Assembly: GCF_035554825.1 (NCBI RefSeq)
Contig: NZ_DATMHS010000103.1
Span: forward strand, 8,377-72,376
Origin: Ramlibacter sp.
GTDB taxonomy: Bacteria; Pseudomonadota; Gammaproteobacteria; Burkholderiales; Burkholderiaceae_C
Reading direction: 5' to 3'
DNA: 64,000 nt
The notes beneath the pieces are model-generated. The model worked only from the letters and a program-made list of their open reading frames with translations. It did no database searches and was not told the DNA's origin. Position numbers and translations under genes: made by a program. Positions 1 through 8,104 of this stretch are shown here, one piece after another (the first letter of the stretch is position 1; each line of letters starts with the position of its first letter).

Positions 1-492
1 CAGGTCCAGGATTCTGGCGCTGATCTCGCCCAGCGCCTGGTCCCAGGAGATCCGCTCGTACTTGCCGTTCACGAGCTTCATGGGGTAGCGCAGCCGGAAC
101 TCGCCGTGGCCGTGCTCGCGGATCGCCGCGCCCTTGGCGCAGTGCGCGCCCAGGTTGAGCGGCGAGTCGAACACCGGCTCCTGCCGCACCCACACGCCGT
201 TCTCGACCACCGCGTCGATCGCGCAGCCCACCGAGCAGTGGGTGCAGACGGTGCGCTTGACCTCGATCTTGCCCTGGCCGACCGCCGGGGCGCGGCCCTC
301 GGCGGCGCGCGCCTTCTTCACCAGCGTCAGCGACGAGGCGGCGAGGCCGACGCCGACGCCCAGCCCCGAGCGGCGCAGGAAACCGCGCCGGTCCATGGTC
401 GGCAGCGCGTGCGAGAGGCCCCGCTGCAGGCTGTGGACGAAGGCGGTGCGGGTGCCGGCGGGCGCCGCCGCGGCTTTCTTGGTCAGCAACAT
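1..492 (-). CDS. Tat-exported (periplasmic-type) formate dehydrogenase catalytic alpha subunit, N-terminal 164 codons; gene continues beyond the left edge
   Basis: Own translation of the minus strand from ATG 490-492: MLLTKKAAAAPAGTRTAFVHSLQRGLSHALPTMDRRGFLRRSGLGVGVGLAASSL... This carries a twin-arginine signal. It is followed by KRTVCTHCSVGCAIDAVVENGVWVRQEP, the N-terminal 4Fe-4S Cys motif of FdnG/FdoG-type molybdopterin enzymes. Not in the ORF track because no stop lies in the window. Confidence 0.85.
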   Translation of the reverse strand, partial: MLLTKKAAAAPAGTRTAFVHSLQRGLSHALPTMDRRGFLRRSGLGVGVGLAASSLTLVKKARAAEGRAPAVGQGKIEVKRTVCTHCSVGCAIDAVVENGVWVRQEPVFDSPLNLGAHCAKGAAIREHGHGEFRLRYPMKLVNGKYERISWDQALGEISARILDL

Positions 493-580
493 GATGACGA
501 CTCCTGCGAGGCGCGCTCGGGTCGGGCGGGCCTGGAACGAAGGGAACGCTGGACGGCCATGGACCTTCCGCCGGGGAAGG

Positions 581-787
581 TCACACGCGGGTGGTCTGGT
601 AGTAGCGCTTGACGTGTTCCGTCAGCTGGTAGCCGCCGCCGCGCGCCGGCGGCGCCTTGGCCTGCGCGGGTTGGTCTTGCGGCTCGCCGGCCGCCGGCAG
701 CAGGCTGGCCGCGGCGGCGAGGGCACCGGCGGTGCCGGCGCCGGCAAAGACGGTACGGCGTGACAAGAGGCTCTTCGGCTGCTTCAT
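581..787 (-). CDS. Small Tat-signal protein of the 'formate dehydrogenase region TAT target' type
   Basis: Internal ATG (785-787) of the 581..946 ORF, preceded by GGGGAGA. The 68-aa product is MKQPKSLLSRRTVFAGAGTAGALAAAASLLPAAG...YQLTEHVKRYYQTTRV, with an RR motif. It lies directly upstream of the Tat-FDH alpha gene. Confidence 0.75.
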   Translation of the reverse strand: MKQPKSLLSRRTVFAGAGTAGALAAAASLLPAAGEPQDQPAQAKAPPARGGGYQLTEHVKRYYQTTRV

Positions 788-914
788 CGCTGTCTCCCCT
801 GGCATCGAATTCATTCGACGCTGCCGCTGCAATGTAGTCCGCCGGGAAAACCCCTGCACTGATGGAAACCCCAGGATGGTGCACGCAGCCTGCTTGGGCT
901 GGCGGTCGCGGGGT

Positions 915-1532
915 TCAATCGAGCAGGTCGAAACCCTGTGCTTCAACGCTCATGAAGGCCTGGGTGAACCCCGCCAGCGCCCTGTAGAAACGGGCCGCCG
1001 GGTGGGCCGCGATCGCCTCGCACAGCGGGGCCATCCACGGCTGCAACTGCGCGCAGAAGAACGACCGCTGCCTTGTCAGGTTGCTGACAGCCACGTCGTC
1101 GCCGGCGATGAGGTAGCGCATCACCTCGCACAGGTAGGCGATGTGGTCTTCCGTTTCCGGCATGGCCTCGTCGCGCCCCAGCCCCAGGGCCGCCAGTTCG
1201 TCGCGCAGGCGGGCCAGCGGCTTGTCGTTGAGAAAACCGCTGAGATAGTGCGAACCGAACAGATAGACCTCCGGCTTGCCGACGCCGCCGAACAGCGCGT
1301 GGTATTCGCCGGCGATCGCCTGGTCGCTGCCGCCGCGCGCGGCGCCCACCAGCTGCCGCCACGGCTCTTCGAGGTAGGCCCCGGCCGCGGGCGCTTCGGT
1401 CGGCGCGACCCGCAGTGCCGCCAGCAGTTCGGGCGGCGGCGGGGCGTAGAACAGCTGCGCCAGCAGGCCGTACACCTCGGCCCGGGCGGTTTCCTCGTCG
1501 AGGGTGGTGGAGACAGGGATCGGTTCCGTCAT
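915..1532 (-). CDS. TorD/DmsD-family redox-enzyme maturation chaperone (FDH-specific by context)
   Basis: 205-aa ORF with normal composition (EYHALFGGVGKPEVYLFGSHYLSGFLNDKPLARLRDEL, EDHIAYLCEVMRYL). It sits between the poly-ferredoxin gene and the Tat-FDH genes. Confidence 0.8.
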   Translation of the reverse strand: MTEPIPVSTTLDEETARAEVYGLLAQLFYAPPPPELLAALRVAPTEAPAAGAYLEEPWRQLVGAARGGSDQAIAGEYHALFGGVGKPEVYLFGSHYLSGFLNDKPLARLRDELAALGLGRDEAMPETEDHIAYLCEVMRYLIAGDDVAVSNLTRQRSFFCAQLQPWMAPLCEAIAAHPAARFYRALAGFTQAFMSVEAQGFDLLD

Positions 1533-1538
1533 GGGCGG

Positions 1539-3623
1539 CTACAGGTCGGTGATCTTGACTTCGTCGGCCGCGGCGTAGATGTCGATGACCCGGCAATCGC
1601 CGCACATCTTCAGCCGCTCCAGCGCCGGCCCCTGGAACATCGAATGCCCCGCCAGCCGGCCCAGCATCGCCTCGATCGCCTTGAGCGTGCCGAACGGCTT
1701 GCCGCAGCGGATGCAGGCATACGGCTGCGCCTCGTTCAGCACGCGCGGCTGGCGCCGCTCGGGCGCGGGCAGCAGGCGCGGCTGCAGCGCGATGGCGTGC
1801 TCGGGGCAGGTCGTGGCGCACAGCCCGCATTGCACGCAGTTCTTCTCGATGAAGCGCAGCTGCGGCGACTGGGCGTTGTCCTGCAGCGCGCTCGCCGGGC
1901 AGGCGCTCACGCAGCTGAGGCACAGCGTGCACTTGTCCCGATCCACCTCGATCGCGCCCAGCGGCGCGCCCGCCGGCAGCGCGATCGGCGCCGGCCGCGC
2001 GCCGGCGTGCGCCATCAGGTGATCGAGCGCCAGTTCCAGCGTCGCCCGTTTCTCGGGCGCGAAGGCGAACTTCGCCGGTACCGCCGGCGTCTCGGCGCGC
2101 TCGCGCGCCAGCAGCTGCAGTTCCTGGTCGACGTCGGCCATCGTCCGGACGCGCAGCACGGCGAAGTGCCGGCCCTGGTAGCCCAGCCCGTGCAGGATCG
2201 ATTCGGCGACCTCCATCTGCCCGGCGAGCGCATCCAGGTACTGCGGCGCCTCTTCGCCGGTCGTCAGCACCGCCACCTGCGATGCCCCCATGGCCACGGC
2301 CCCGAGCCAGGCTTCGATGCCCAGGCTGGCGGCGTGCCACACCGCCACCGGAATGACGTTGGCCGGCACGCCCTGCGCGACGCCCAGGCGGGCGCCCCGG
2401 CCGACTTCCTCGACCAGCGCCTGGCCCCGCTCCTGCGAATGCAGCAGCAGCACCGGCGCCTTGCCGCCCACCTGCAGGTAGGTCGACAGCAGGGTGCGGA
2501 ACTTGGCGCCCTGCGTCGCCGCCGTCGGATACGCGTAGCTGATCGCGCCGGTCGGACACACGGTGGTGCAGGCGCCGCAGCCGACGCACAGGTGGGCGTC
2601 GACCTTCACCTGCTGGCGGCCCTTGTCGCTGGAAATCGCCTCGGCCGAACAGACGTCGATGCAGGCCCGGCAGCCGACGGTCTGGTTGCGGCTGTGCGCG
2701 CACAGCTTCTGCTTGTAGCTGACGAAGCGCGGCTTCTCGAATTCCCCCACCAGTGCGCGCAGCTGCAGCACCGTGGCCAGCGCGCCGTCGTTCCACGCCC
2801 CGGCGGGCAGATGGAAGTAGCCCTGCGGCCGGGCGTGCTGCCGGAAGGCGGGGGCCTCGCGCAGGTCCAGCACCAGGTCGAAGCGGTCGGTCCGGCGCTC
2901 CGGCTCGCGGCTGAAGTCGATCGCGCCGGCGACGGCGCAGGCCTTCACGCAGTCGCGGTGCGAGGCGCACAGGCCGGCATCGATCTGGTAGTCCAGGCCG
3001 ATCGCGCCCTCGGGGCAGGCGGCCACGCAGGCGTTGCAGCGGGTGCACAGGTCGAGGTCGATCGGATTGGTCGCCGTCCAGGCGAGCTCGAACGCGCCGA
3101 GCCAGCCCTGCAGGCGCTCGATGCGGCCGCCCAGCACCGGGTAGCGCCGCTCCTGCGCGCCGGCGCCGCCTTGGGTGAACAGCGTGACGTCCAGCTCGTC
3201 GCCGGCCAGCGCTGCGGCGCGTTCGGCTGCCTCCATCGGGCCGATCACCAGCAGCCGGCCCGAGCTCTTGAACGTGACCGTCGGCACCGGTTGCGGATCG
3301 GGCAGGTGCGCCGCGGCCAGCAGCGCCGCCAGCTTGGGCATGGCGACGCCGGCATCGCGGCTCCAGCCGCCGGTCTCGCGGATATTGACGAAGCGCAGCG
3401 GCGCCACGGCGCCCTCGGTGTGCTGGGCGACCTCGGCGAACAGCCGCCGCTCCTGGGTGCAGGCCACGACCACCTCGCCGCCGCCCTGCACCGCCCGCTG
3501 GAAGCTCGCCGCTTCGCGCCGGCAGAGGCTGGAGTGGAGCGTCAGTTCCTCATGCAGCGCCGTCCCCAGTTTGCCCGGGTCCAGCGGCATCGTCTTGTTG
3601 CAGTCGCAAATCAGGGTCGGCAT
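1539..3623 (-). CDS. Large poly-ferredoxin (multiple 4Fe-4S binding domains), FDH accessory cluster
   Basis: Frame of the 1539..3761 ORF. I start it at the internal ATG 3621-3623 (MPTLICDCNKTMPLD). Repeated CxxCxxCxxxCP motifs are present: CTRCNACVAACP, CVGCGACTTVCP, CTLCLSCVSACP, CVQCGLCATTCP and others. Confidence 0.8.
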   Translation of the reverse strand: MPTLICDCNKTMPLDPGKLGTALHEELTLHSSLCRREAASFQRAVQGGGEVVVACTQERRLFAEVAQHTEGAVAPLRFVNIRETGGWSRDAGVAMPKLAALLAAAHLPDPQPVPTVTFKSSGRLLVIGPMEAAERAAALAGDELDVTLFTQGGAGAQERRYPVLGGRIERLQGWLGAFELAWTATNPIDLDLCTRCNACVAACPEGAIGLDYQIDAGLCASHRDCVKACAVAGAIDFSREPERRTDRFDLVLDLREAPAFRQHARPQGYFHLPAGAWNDGALATVLQLRALVGEFEKPRFVSYKQKLCAHSRNQTVGCRACIDVCSAEAISSDKGRQQVKVDAHLCVGCGACTTVCPTGAISYAYPTAATQGAKFRTLLSTYLQVGGKAPVLLLHSQERGQALVEEVGRGARLGVAQGVPANVIPVAVWHAASLGIEAWLGAVAMGASQVAVLTTGEEAPQYLDALAGQMEVAESILHGLGYQGRHFAVLRVRTMADVDQELQLLARERAETPAVPAKFAFAPEKRATLELALDHLMAHAGARPAPIALPAGAPLGAIEVDRDKCTLCLSCVSACPASALQDNAQSPQLRFIEKNCVQCGLCATTCPEHAIALQPRLLPAPERRQPRVLNEAQPYACIRCGKPFGTLKAIEAMLGRLAGHSMFQGPALERLKMCGDCRVIDIYAAADEVKITDL

Positions 3624-4167
3624 GGTCGGGGTGCTCGGGAACGGTCTCGGACTGTGCCACGGATCGCACGGTGGGCTTATCCGCAACATCCCTGGGCTGC
3701 TGCGCCGTCGGGGCGGTTGCGTCGGGCTCGTCGAACAGGCGCAGGAACGCCGCGCCGGCAAGCTGTCGCGCCATCGCGGCGGGCAGCGGATCGGGCTTGC
3801 TGTAGTCGTCGATGTAGACGTCGAGCCCGTCCATCACGTTGAAGCGCGGATCGGCGAACAGCTTCTTCAGCGCCGCGTTCTTGACCTCGGGCGCCACGTC
3901 GCGCGCGGCGAACCGCCGGAAGTCGGACTGCGCCGTGAGCCCGTGCACGTCGTCCATCGTCGGCGGCGGATCGGCGGCCGGCGGGGCCGCAGTGCCGGCG
4001 CCGGTGGCAGCTGGCGTCGCCGCCGCCGTTGCCCTTGCGGGAGCCGGCGCCGCAGCCGCCGCCGGCGCGTCGGCCGCCGCCACCGGCGGCACGGGCTCGC
4101 CGAGCGGCTTGCCCTCGCGCGCATCGAGCTTGCGGCGCGACCAGCGCCCAAGGAAGCCGTCACTCAT
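3550..4167 (-). CDS. DUF3306-like protein (function unknown)
   Basis: 205-aa ORF with N-terminus MSDGFLGRWSRRKLDAREGK and an Ala/Pro-rich linker. From memory these are typical of DUF3306 proteins that travel with this FDH accessory set. Overlaps DUF3305 by 8 nt and the poly-ferredoxin start by 74 nt. Confidence 0.65.
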   Translation of the reverse strand: MSDGFLGRWSRRKLDAREGKPLGEPVPPVAAADAPAAAAAPAPARATAAATPAATGAGTAAPPAADPPPTMDDVHGLTAQSDFRRFAARDVAPEVKNAALKKLFADPRFNVMDGLDVYIDDYSKPDPLPAAMARQLAGAAFLRLFDEPDATAPTAQQPRDVADKPTVRSVAQSETVPEHPDHADPDLRLQQDDAAGPGQTGDGAA

Positions 4168-4723
4168 GGCCGCCGCCGAACTGCTTCTCGGTCGTCACCG
4201 ACGCCGGGTTGCCGAAGCGGTCCTGCAGCGGACGGAAGCTCTGCGGCCGCCGCCGCTTCTTCGGCTCGATGACGTAATGCTCGTCGGCGAAGGCGCGGGC
4301 CCATTCGACGACGGCGGGCGGCGCGGGCACCTGCTCGACCGTCTCCTGCGCGTCGAGCCAGCGGCCGGCGTCGTGATAACTCAGCGTGACGGCGACCGGG
4401 CGCGCCATCGGCTCGGGCGCGACGGTCGGCGCCTCCTCCATCCGCCACAGCACGAACCAGCCCGGCGCCGCCGTCGTCACGTTCAGGTAATAGCCTTCGG
4501 CATCATCGCGGAACAGCTCCACCCGCAAGCCCGGATGCAGCCAGCGCTCGCCCTCCTCGCTGCGCACCAGCAGGCGCGGCTCGCTGCCGTACGCCGGTTC
4601 GTGCGGGACCACGTCGTCGAGCACCCAGCGCCAGGGCTGCCAGCGGTTGGCGAGCCGCTCGCGGCGCATGATCACCGCGACGTCGATGCTGGGACGTTCC
4701 ATCATGCGGGCACTGTAATCCAT
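4160..4723 (-). CDS. DUF3305-like protein (function unknown)
   Basis: 187-aa ORF with non-biased composition (RWQPWRWVLDDVVPHEP..GYYLNVTTAAPGWFVLWRMEE). First gene of the minus-strand FDH accessory operon. Confidence 0.65.
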   Translation of the reverse strand: MDYSARMMERPSIDVAVIMRRERLANRWQPWRWVLDDVVPHEPAYGSEPRLLVRSEEGERWLHPGLRVELFRDDAEGYYLNVTTAAPGWFVLWRMEEAPTVAPEPMARPVAVTLSYHDAGRWLDAQETVEQVPAPPAVVEWARAFADEHYVIEPKKRRRPQSFRPLQDRFGNPASVTTEKQFGGGHE

Positions 4724-4777
4724 GCCCGGCTACCATTCACGGCCCGGACTTACCCGCACCGATCACAGGGAGACACC

Positions 4778-5230
4778 ATGAGCCATCCGACCGCCGGCCC
4801 CAGCCGACGCCTGTTCGCCGCGGCCTGCGCGGCGCTGGCCGCCGCCGCGCTGCCGCTGGGCGCCGCCCGGGCGCAGGCCGCCGGCAAGCCCAACCGGGTG
4901 GTGCTGCAGGTGAGCGACGCCGATCCGCAGAAATGGACGCTGGCGCTCAGCAACGCCTACAACGTGCAGAACGGCGTCGGCGCCGACGGCGTCGAGCTCG
5001 AGATCGTGGTCTACGGCCCGGGGATCGGCATGCTCAGGAACGGCTCGCCGGTCGCCGACCGCGTGGCCAGCGCGATGAAGTCGGGCATCGCCGTCGTCGC
5101 CTGCGAGAACACCATGACGGCGCAGAAGCTCACCAAGCGCGACATGCTGCCCGACATCGGGTACGTGCCGGCCGGCGTGGTGGAACTGATGAAACGCCAG
5201 CAGCAGGGCTGGGCCTACATCCGGCCCTGA
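4778..5230 (+). CDS. DsrE/DsrF-like family protein with a Tat-type signal peptide
   Basis: Internal ATG 4778 of the 3839..5230 frame. The product begins MSHPTAGPSRRLFAAACAALAAAALPLGAARAQA and continues NRVVLQVSDADPQKW...IAVVACENTM (DsrE-like fold signature). Preceded by AGGGAGA. Confidence 0.7.
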   Translation: MSHPTAGPSRRLFAAACAALAAAALPLGAARAQAAGKPNRVVLQVSDADPQKWTLALSNAYNVQNGVGADGVELEIVVYGPGIGMLRNGSPVADRVASAMKSGIAVVACENTMTAQKLTKRDMLPDIGYVPAGVVELMKRQQQGWAYIRP

Positions 5231-5251
5231 CGCCGCTGGCGGCCGGCGCGC

Positions 5252-8104
5252 TCAGCCGCTGATGGCGACCGCGCAGTACTTGAACTCCGGGATCTTGCCG
5301 AAGGGGTCCAGCGCGGCGTTGGTCAACAGGTTCGCCGCGGCCTCGACGTAAGCGAAGGGGATGAACACCGTGCCCGGCGCGGTACCGTCGTCGCGGCGCA
5401 GGTACAGTTCGACCTCGCCGCGGCGCGAGCGCACGCGCACGCGCTGGCCCGGCTCGAGTCCCAGCGCCTCGATGTCGGCGCCGCACAGCGACGCCGTCGC
5501 CACCGGCTCGATCGCGTCGAGCACCGCCGAGCGCCGCGTCATGCTGCCGGTGTGCCAGTGCTCCAGCTGGCGACCGGTGATCAGCACGAAAGGAAAATCG
5601 GCGTCGGGCCGCTCGTTGGCCGGCACCAGGCCGGTGGGCACCAGCGTCACCCGGCCGTCGGGCGTCGGAAAGCGGTCGATGAAGACGATCGGCTGGCCCG
5701 GGTCTTCCTCCGTGAGGCAGGGGAACGTGACGCTGCCCTCACGCTGCAGCCGCTCCCAGCTGATGCCGCCGATCGCCGCATGCTGCGCCTGCCGCATCTC
5801 CTCGTAGACGGCGGCGACTCCGCAGTCCGGCCCCGGGTAGTTCCACGTCAGGCCCAGGCGCCGCGCCATCTCCTGGATCAGCCACAGGTCGGGCCTGGCG
5901 TCGCCGGGCGGATCGATGGCCTGCCGCCCCAGCTGCAGCATCCGGTCGGTGTTGGTCACGGTGCCGCTCTTCTCGGGCCACGCCGTCGCCGGCAGCACCA
6001 CGTCGGCGAGCCAGGCGGTCTCGGTCATGAAGATATCCTGCACCACCAGGTGCTCCAGCGCCGCCAGCGCCTCGCGCGCGTGGTTCAGGTCGGGGTCGCT
6101 CATCGCGGGGTTCTCGCCCATGATGTACATGCCGCGCACCTTGTGCGGATCGCTGTCCGGCGCCAGCGCCTTGTCCATGATCTCGACCACCGTGTAGCCG
6201 GGCCGTTCGTCCAGGCGGGCCCCCCAGAACTGCTCGAACCAGGCATGTGCCTCGCGGTCGTCCACCCGCTGGTAGTTCGGAAACATCATCGGAATCAGCC
6301 CGGCGTCGCTCGCCCCCTGCACGTTGTTCTGGCCGCGCAGCGGGTGCAGCCCGCTGCCGGGCTTGCCGATCTGGCCGGCCACGGTGCACAGCGCGATCAG
6401 CGCGCGCACGTTGTCGGTGCCGTGGACGTGCTGGCTCACGCCCATGCCCCACAGGATCATCGCGCTGCCGGCGGTGGCGAACGCGCGCGCCACCTCGCGG
6501 ATCGCCGGCGCCGCGATACCGCACACCGGTGCCATTGCCTCCGGGCTGAAGCGCGCGACGCTCTCGCGCAGCGCCGCGTAGTTGCTGGCGCGGGCGGCGA
6601 TGAACGCCTCGTTGGCGAGCCCTTCCTCGATGATCGTGTGGATCATCGCGTTGACCAGCGCCACGTCGCCGTCGGCCTTGAACTGCAGCGTGCGCCAGGC
6701 ATGGCGCGAGAGCTCGGTCGCCCGCGGGTCGGCCAGCACGATCCTGGTGCCCTGCCTGGCCGCGTTCTTCATCCAGGTCGCCGCGACCGGATGGTTGCTG
6801 GTCGGATTGGAGCCGATCACCAGGATCAGATCCGAGTGCTCGATGTCGTTCACCTGGTTGCTCACGGCGCCGGAGCCCACGCCTTCGAGCAGCGCGGCGA
6901 CGCTCGAGGCGTGGCACAGCCGGGTGCAGTGGTCGACGTTGTTGCTGCGAAAGCCGGTGCGCACCAGCTTCTGGAACAGGTAGGCCTCCTCGTTCGTGCC
7001 CTTGGCCGAGCCGAAGCCGGCCAGCGACTTCGGCCCGCGCCGGTCGCGCAGGTCGACCAGCCGGCCGGCGGCGAGCGCCAGCGCCTCGTCCCAGCTCGCT
7101 TCGCGGAAGACATCGCCCCAGCGCGCGGGATCGCGCTGCACGTCGGTGTCCTTGGCCACGCCGTCCTTGCGGATCAAGGGCGTGGTGAGCCGATGCGGAT
7201 GGTGCGCGTAGTCGAAGCCGAAGCGTCCCTTGACGCACAGGCGGCCGTGGTTGGCCGGCCCGTCGCGGCCATCGACGGCGACGATCTTCCGGTCGCGCAC
7301 CTTGTAGGTGATCAGGCAGCCGACGCCGCAGAACGGGCACACCGACGCGACTTCGCGGTCGACCCGCTGCGAGCCGACCAGGGTCTTGGGCATCAGTGCG
7401 CCCGTCGGGCAGGCCTGCACGCATTCGCCGCAGGCCACGCAGGTGCTGTCGCCCATGGCGTCGCCGAGGTCGAACACGATCACGCTCTGCGCGCCGCGGC
7501 GGGCGTAGCCGATCACGTCGTTGACCTGCTCCTCGCGGCAGGCGCGCACGCAGCGCTGGCACTGGATGCAGGCGTCCAGGTTGACGGCCATCGCCGGGTG
7601 CGAGAGGTCGGGGGCCGGCTGGCGGCGGCGCAACGCCTTGAGTTGCGGTCGCGCGCTGACTTGCAGCCTGGCGGCCCATTCGCTCAGTTCGCCGTGCTGG
7701 CCGACACCGGCGGGCTCGGCCGCCGCCGCCGGCGCGGGCGGGAGCTCGCCGCGCCGCTCCGCCGGCGGCTGCGCGCCGTCGGTCCACTTGTAGCCCGCGT
7801 CCGGCATGTCCGCCAGCAGCAGCTCCACCACCATGCGCTGGCTTTTCAGGGCGCGTTCGCTGCGCGCGCGCACCTGCATGCCCGGCGTCACGGCGCGGCA
7901 GCAGCTCGGCGCGAGCACCCGCTCGCCGGCGATCTCCACCACGCAGGCACGGCAGTTGCCGTCCGGCCGGTAGCCGTCCTGGTGGCACAGGCGGGGAATC
8001 TCGACGCCCGCGCGGCGCGCGGCTTCGAGGATGGTGTCGCCTTCGACGGCCTTGACGGCCACGCCGTCCAGCTCGAAGTCGACCAGGGGGAGATCAGATT
8101 TCAT
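5252..8104 (-). CDS. fdsA: NAD-linked formate dehydrogenase alpha subunit (NuoG-like Fe-S N-terminus plus molybdopterin domain)
   Basis: 950-aa ORF. 2Fe-2S region: CHQDGYRPDGNCRACVVEI. 4Fe-4S motifs: CIQCQRCVRAC and CVACGECVQACPTGAL. MopB domain with active-site region NNVDHCTRLCHASSV (Cys, not an in-frame TGA). 11-nt overlap with the upstream beta gene. Confidence 0.93.
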   Translation of the reverse strand: MKSDLPLVDFELDGVAVKAVEGDTILEAARRAGVEIPRLCHQDGYRPDGNCRACVVEIAGERVLAPSCCRAVTPGMQVRARSERALKSQRMVVELLLADMPDAGYKWTDGAQPPAERRGELPPAPAAAAEPAGVGQHGELSEWAARLQVSARPQLKALRRRQPAPDLSHPAMAVNLDACIQCQRCVRACREEQVNDVIGYARRGAQSVIVFDLGDAMGDSTCVACGECVQACPTGALMPKTLVGSQRVDREVASVCPFCGVGCLITYKVRDRKIVAVDGRDGPANHGRLCVKGRFGFDYAHHPHRLTTPLIRKDGVAKDTDVQRDPARWGDVFREASWDEALALAAGRLVDLRDRRGPKSLAGFGSAKGTNEEAYLFQKLVRTGFRSNNVDHCTRLCHASSVAALLEGVGSGAVSNQVNDIEHSDLILVIGSNPTSNHPVAATWMKNAARQGTRIVLADPRATELSRHAWRTLQFKADGDVALVNAMIHTIIEEGLANEAFIAARASNYAALRESVARFSPEAMAPVCGIAAPAIREVARAFATAGSAMILWGMGVSQHVHGTDNVRALIALCTVAGQIGKPGSGLHPLRGQNNVQGASDAGLIPMMFPNYQRVDDREAHAWFEQFWGARLDERPGYTVVEIMDKALAPDSDPHKVRGMYIMGENPAMSDPDLNHAREALAALEHLVVQDIFMTETAWLADVVLPATAWPEKSGTVTNTDRMLQLGRQAIDPPGDARPDLWLIQEMARRLGLTWNYPGPDCGVAAVYEEMRQAQHAAIGGISWERLQREGSVTFPCLTEEDPGQPIVFIDRFPTPDGRVTLVPTGLVPANERPDADFPFVLITGRQLEHWHTGSMTRRSAVLDAIEPVATASLCGADIEALGLEPGQRVRVRSRRGEVELYLRRDDGTAPGTVFIPFAYVEAAANLLTNAALDPFGKIPEFKYCAVAISG

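Noticed and set aside
657-3842. 1061-aa plus-strand ORF (and the neighbouring 106..612, 134..763 and 943..3048 ORFs) covering the FDH accessory genes.
   Set aside because: The translations are Arg/Ala/Gly/Pro-rich low-complexity strings with no motifs. They are mirror or shifted frames of clearly coding minus-strand genes, the usual stop-poor artefact of DNA around 70% GC.
5252-8104. Possible selenocysteine (in-frame TGA) recoding in the formate dehydrogenases.
   Set aside because: fdsA is one uninterrupted ORF, and the active-site region reads TRLCHASSV (Cys). The Tat-type FDH is cut off after 164 codons, before the position where FdnG-type enzymes carry Sec, so it cannot be assessed here.
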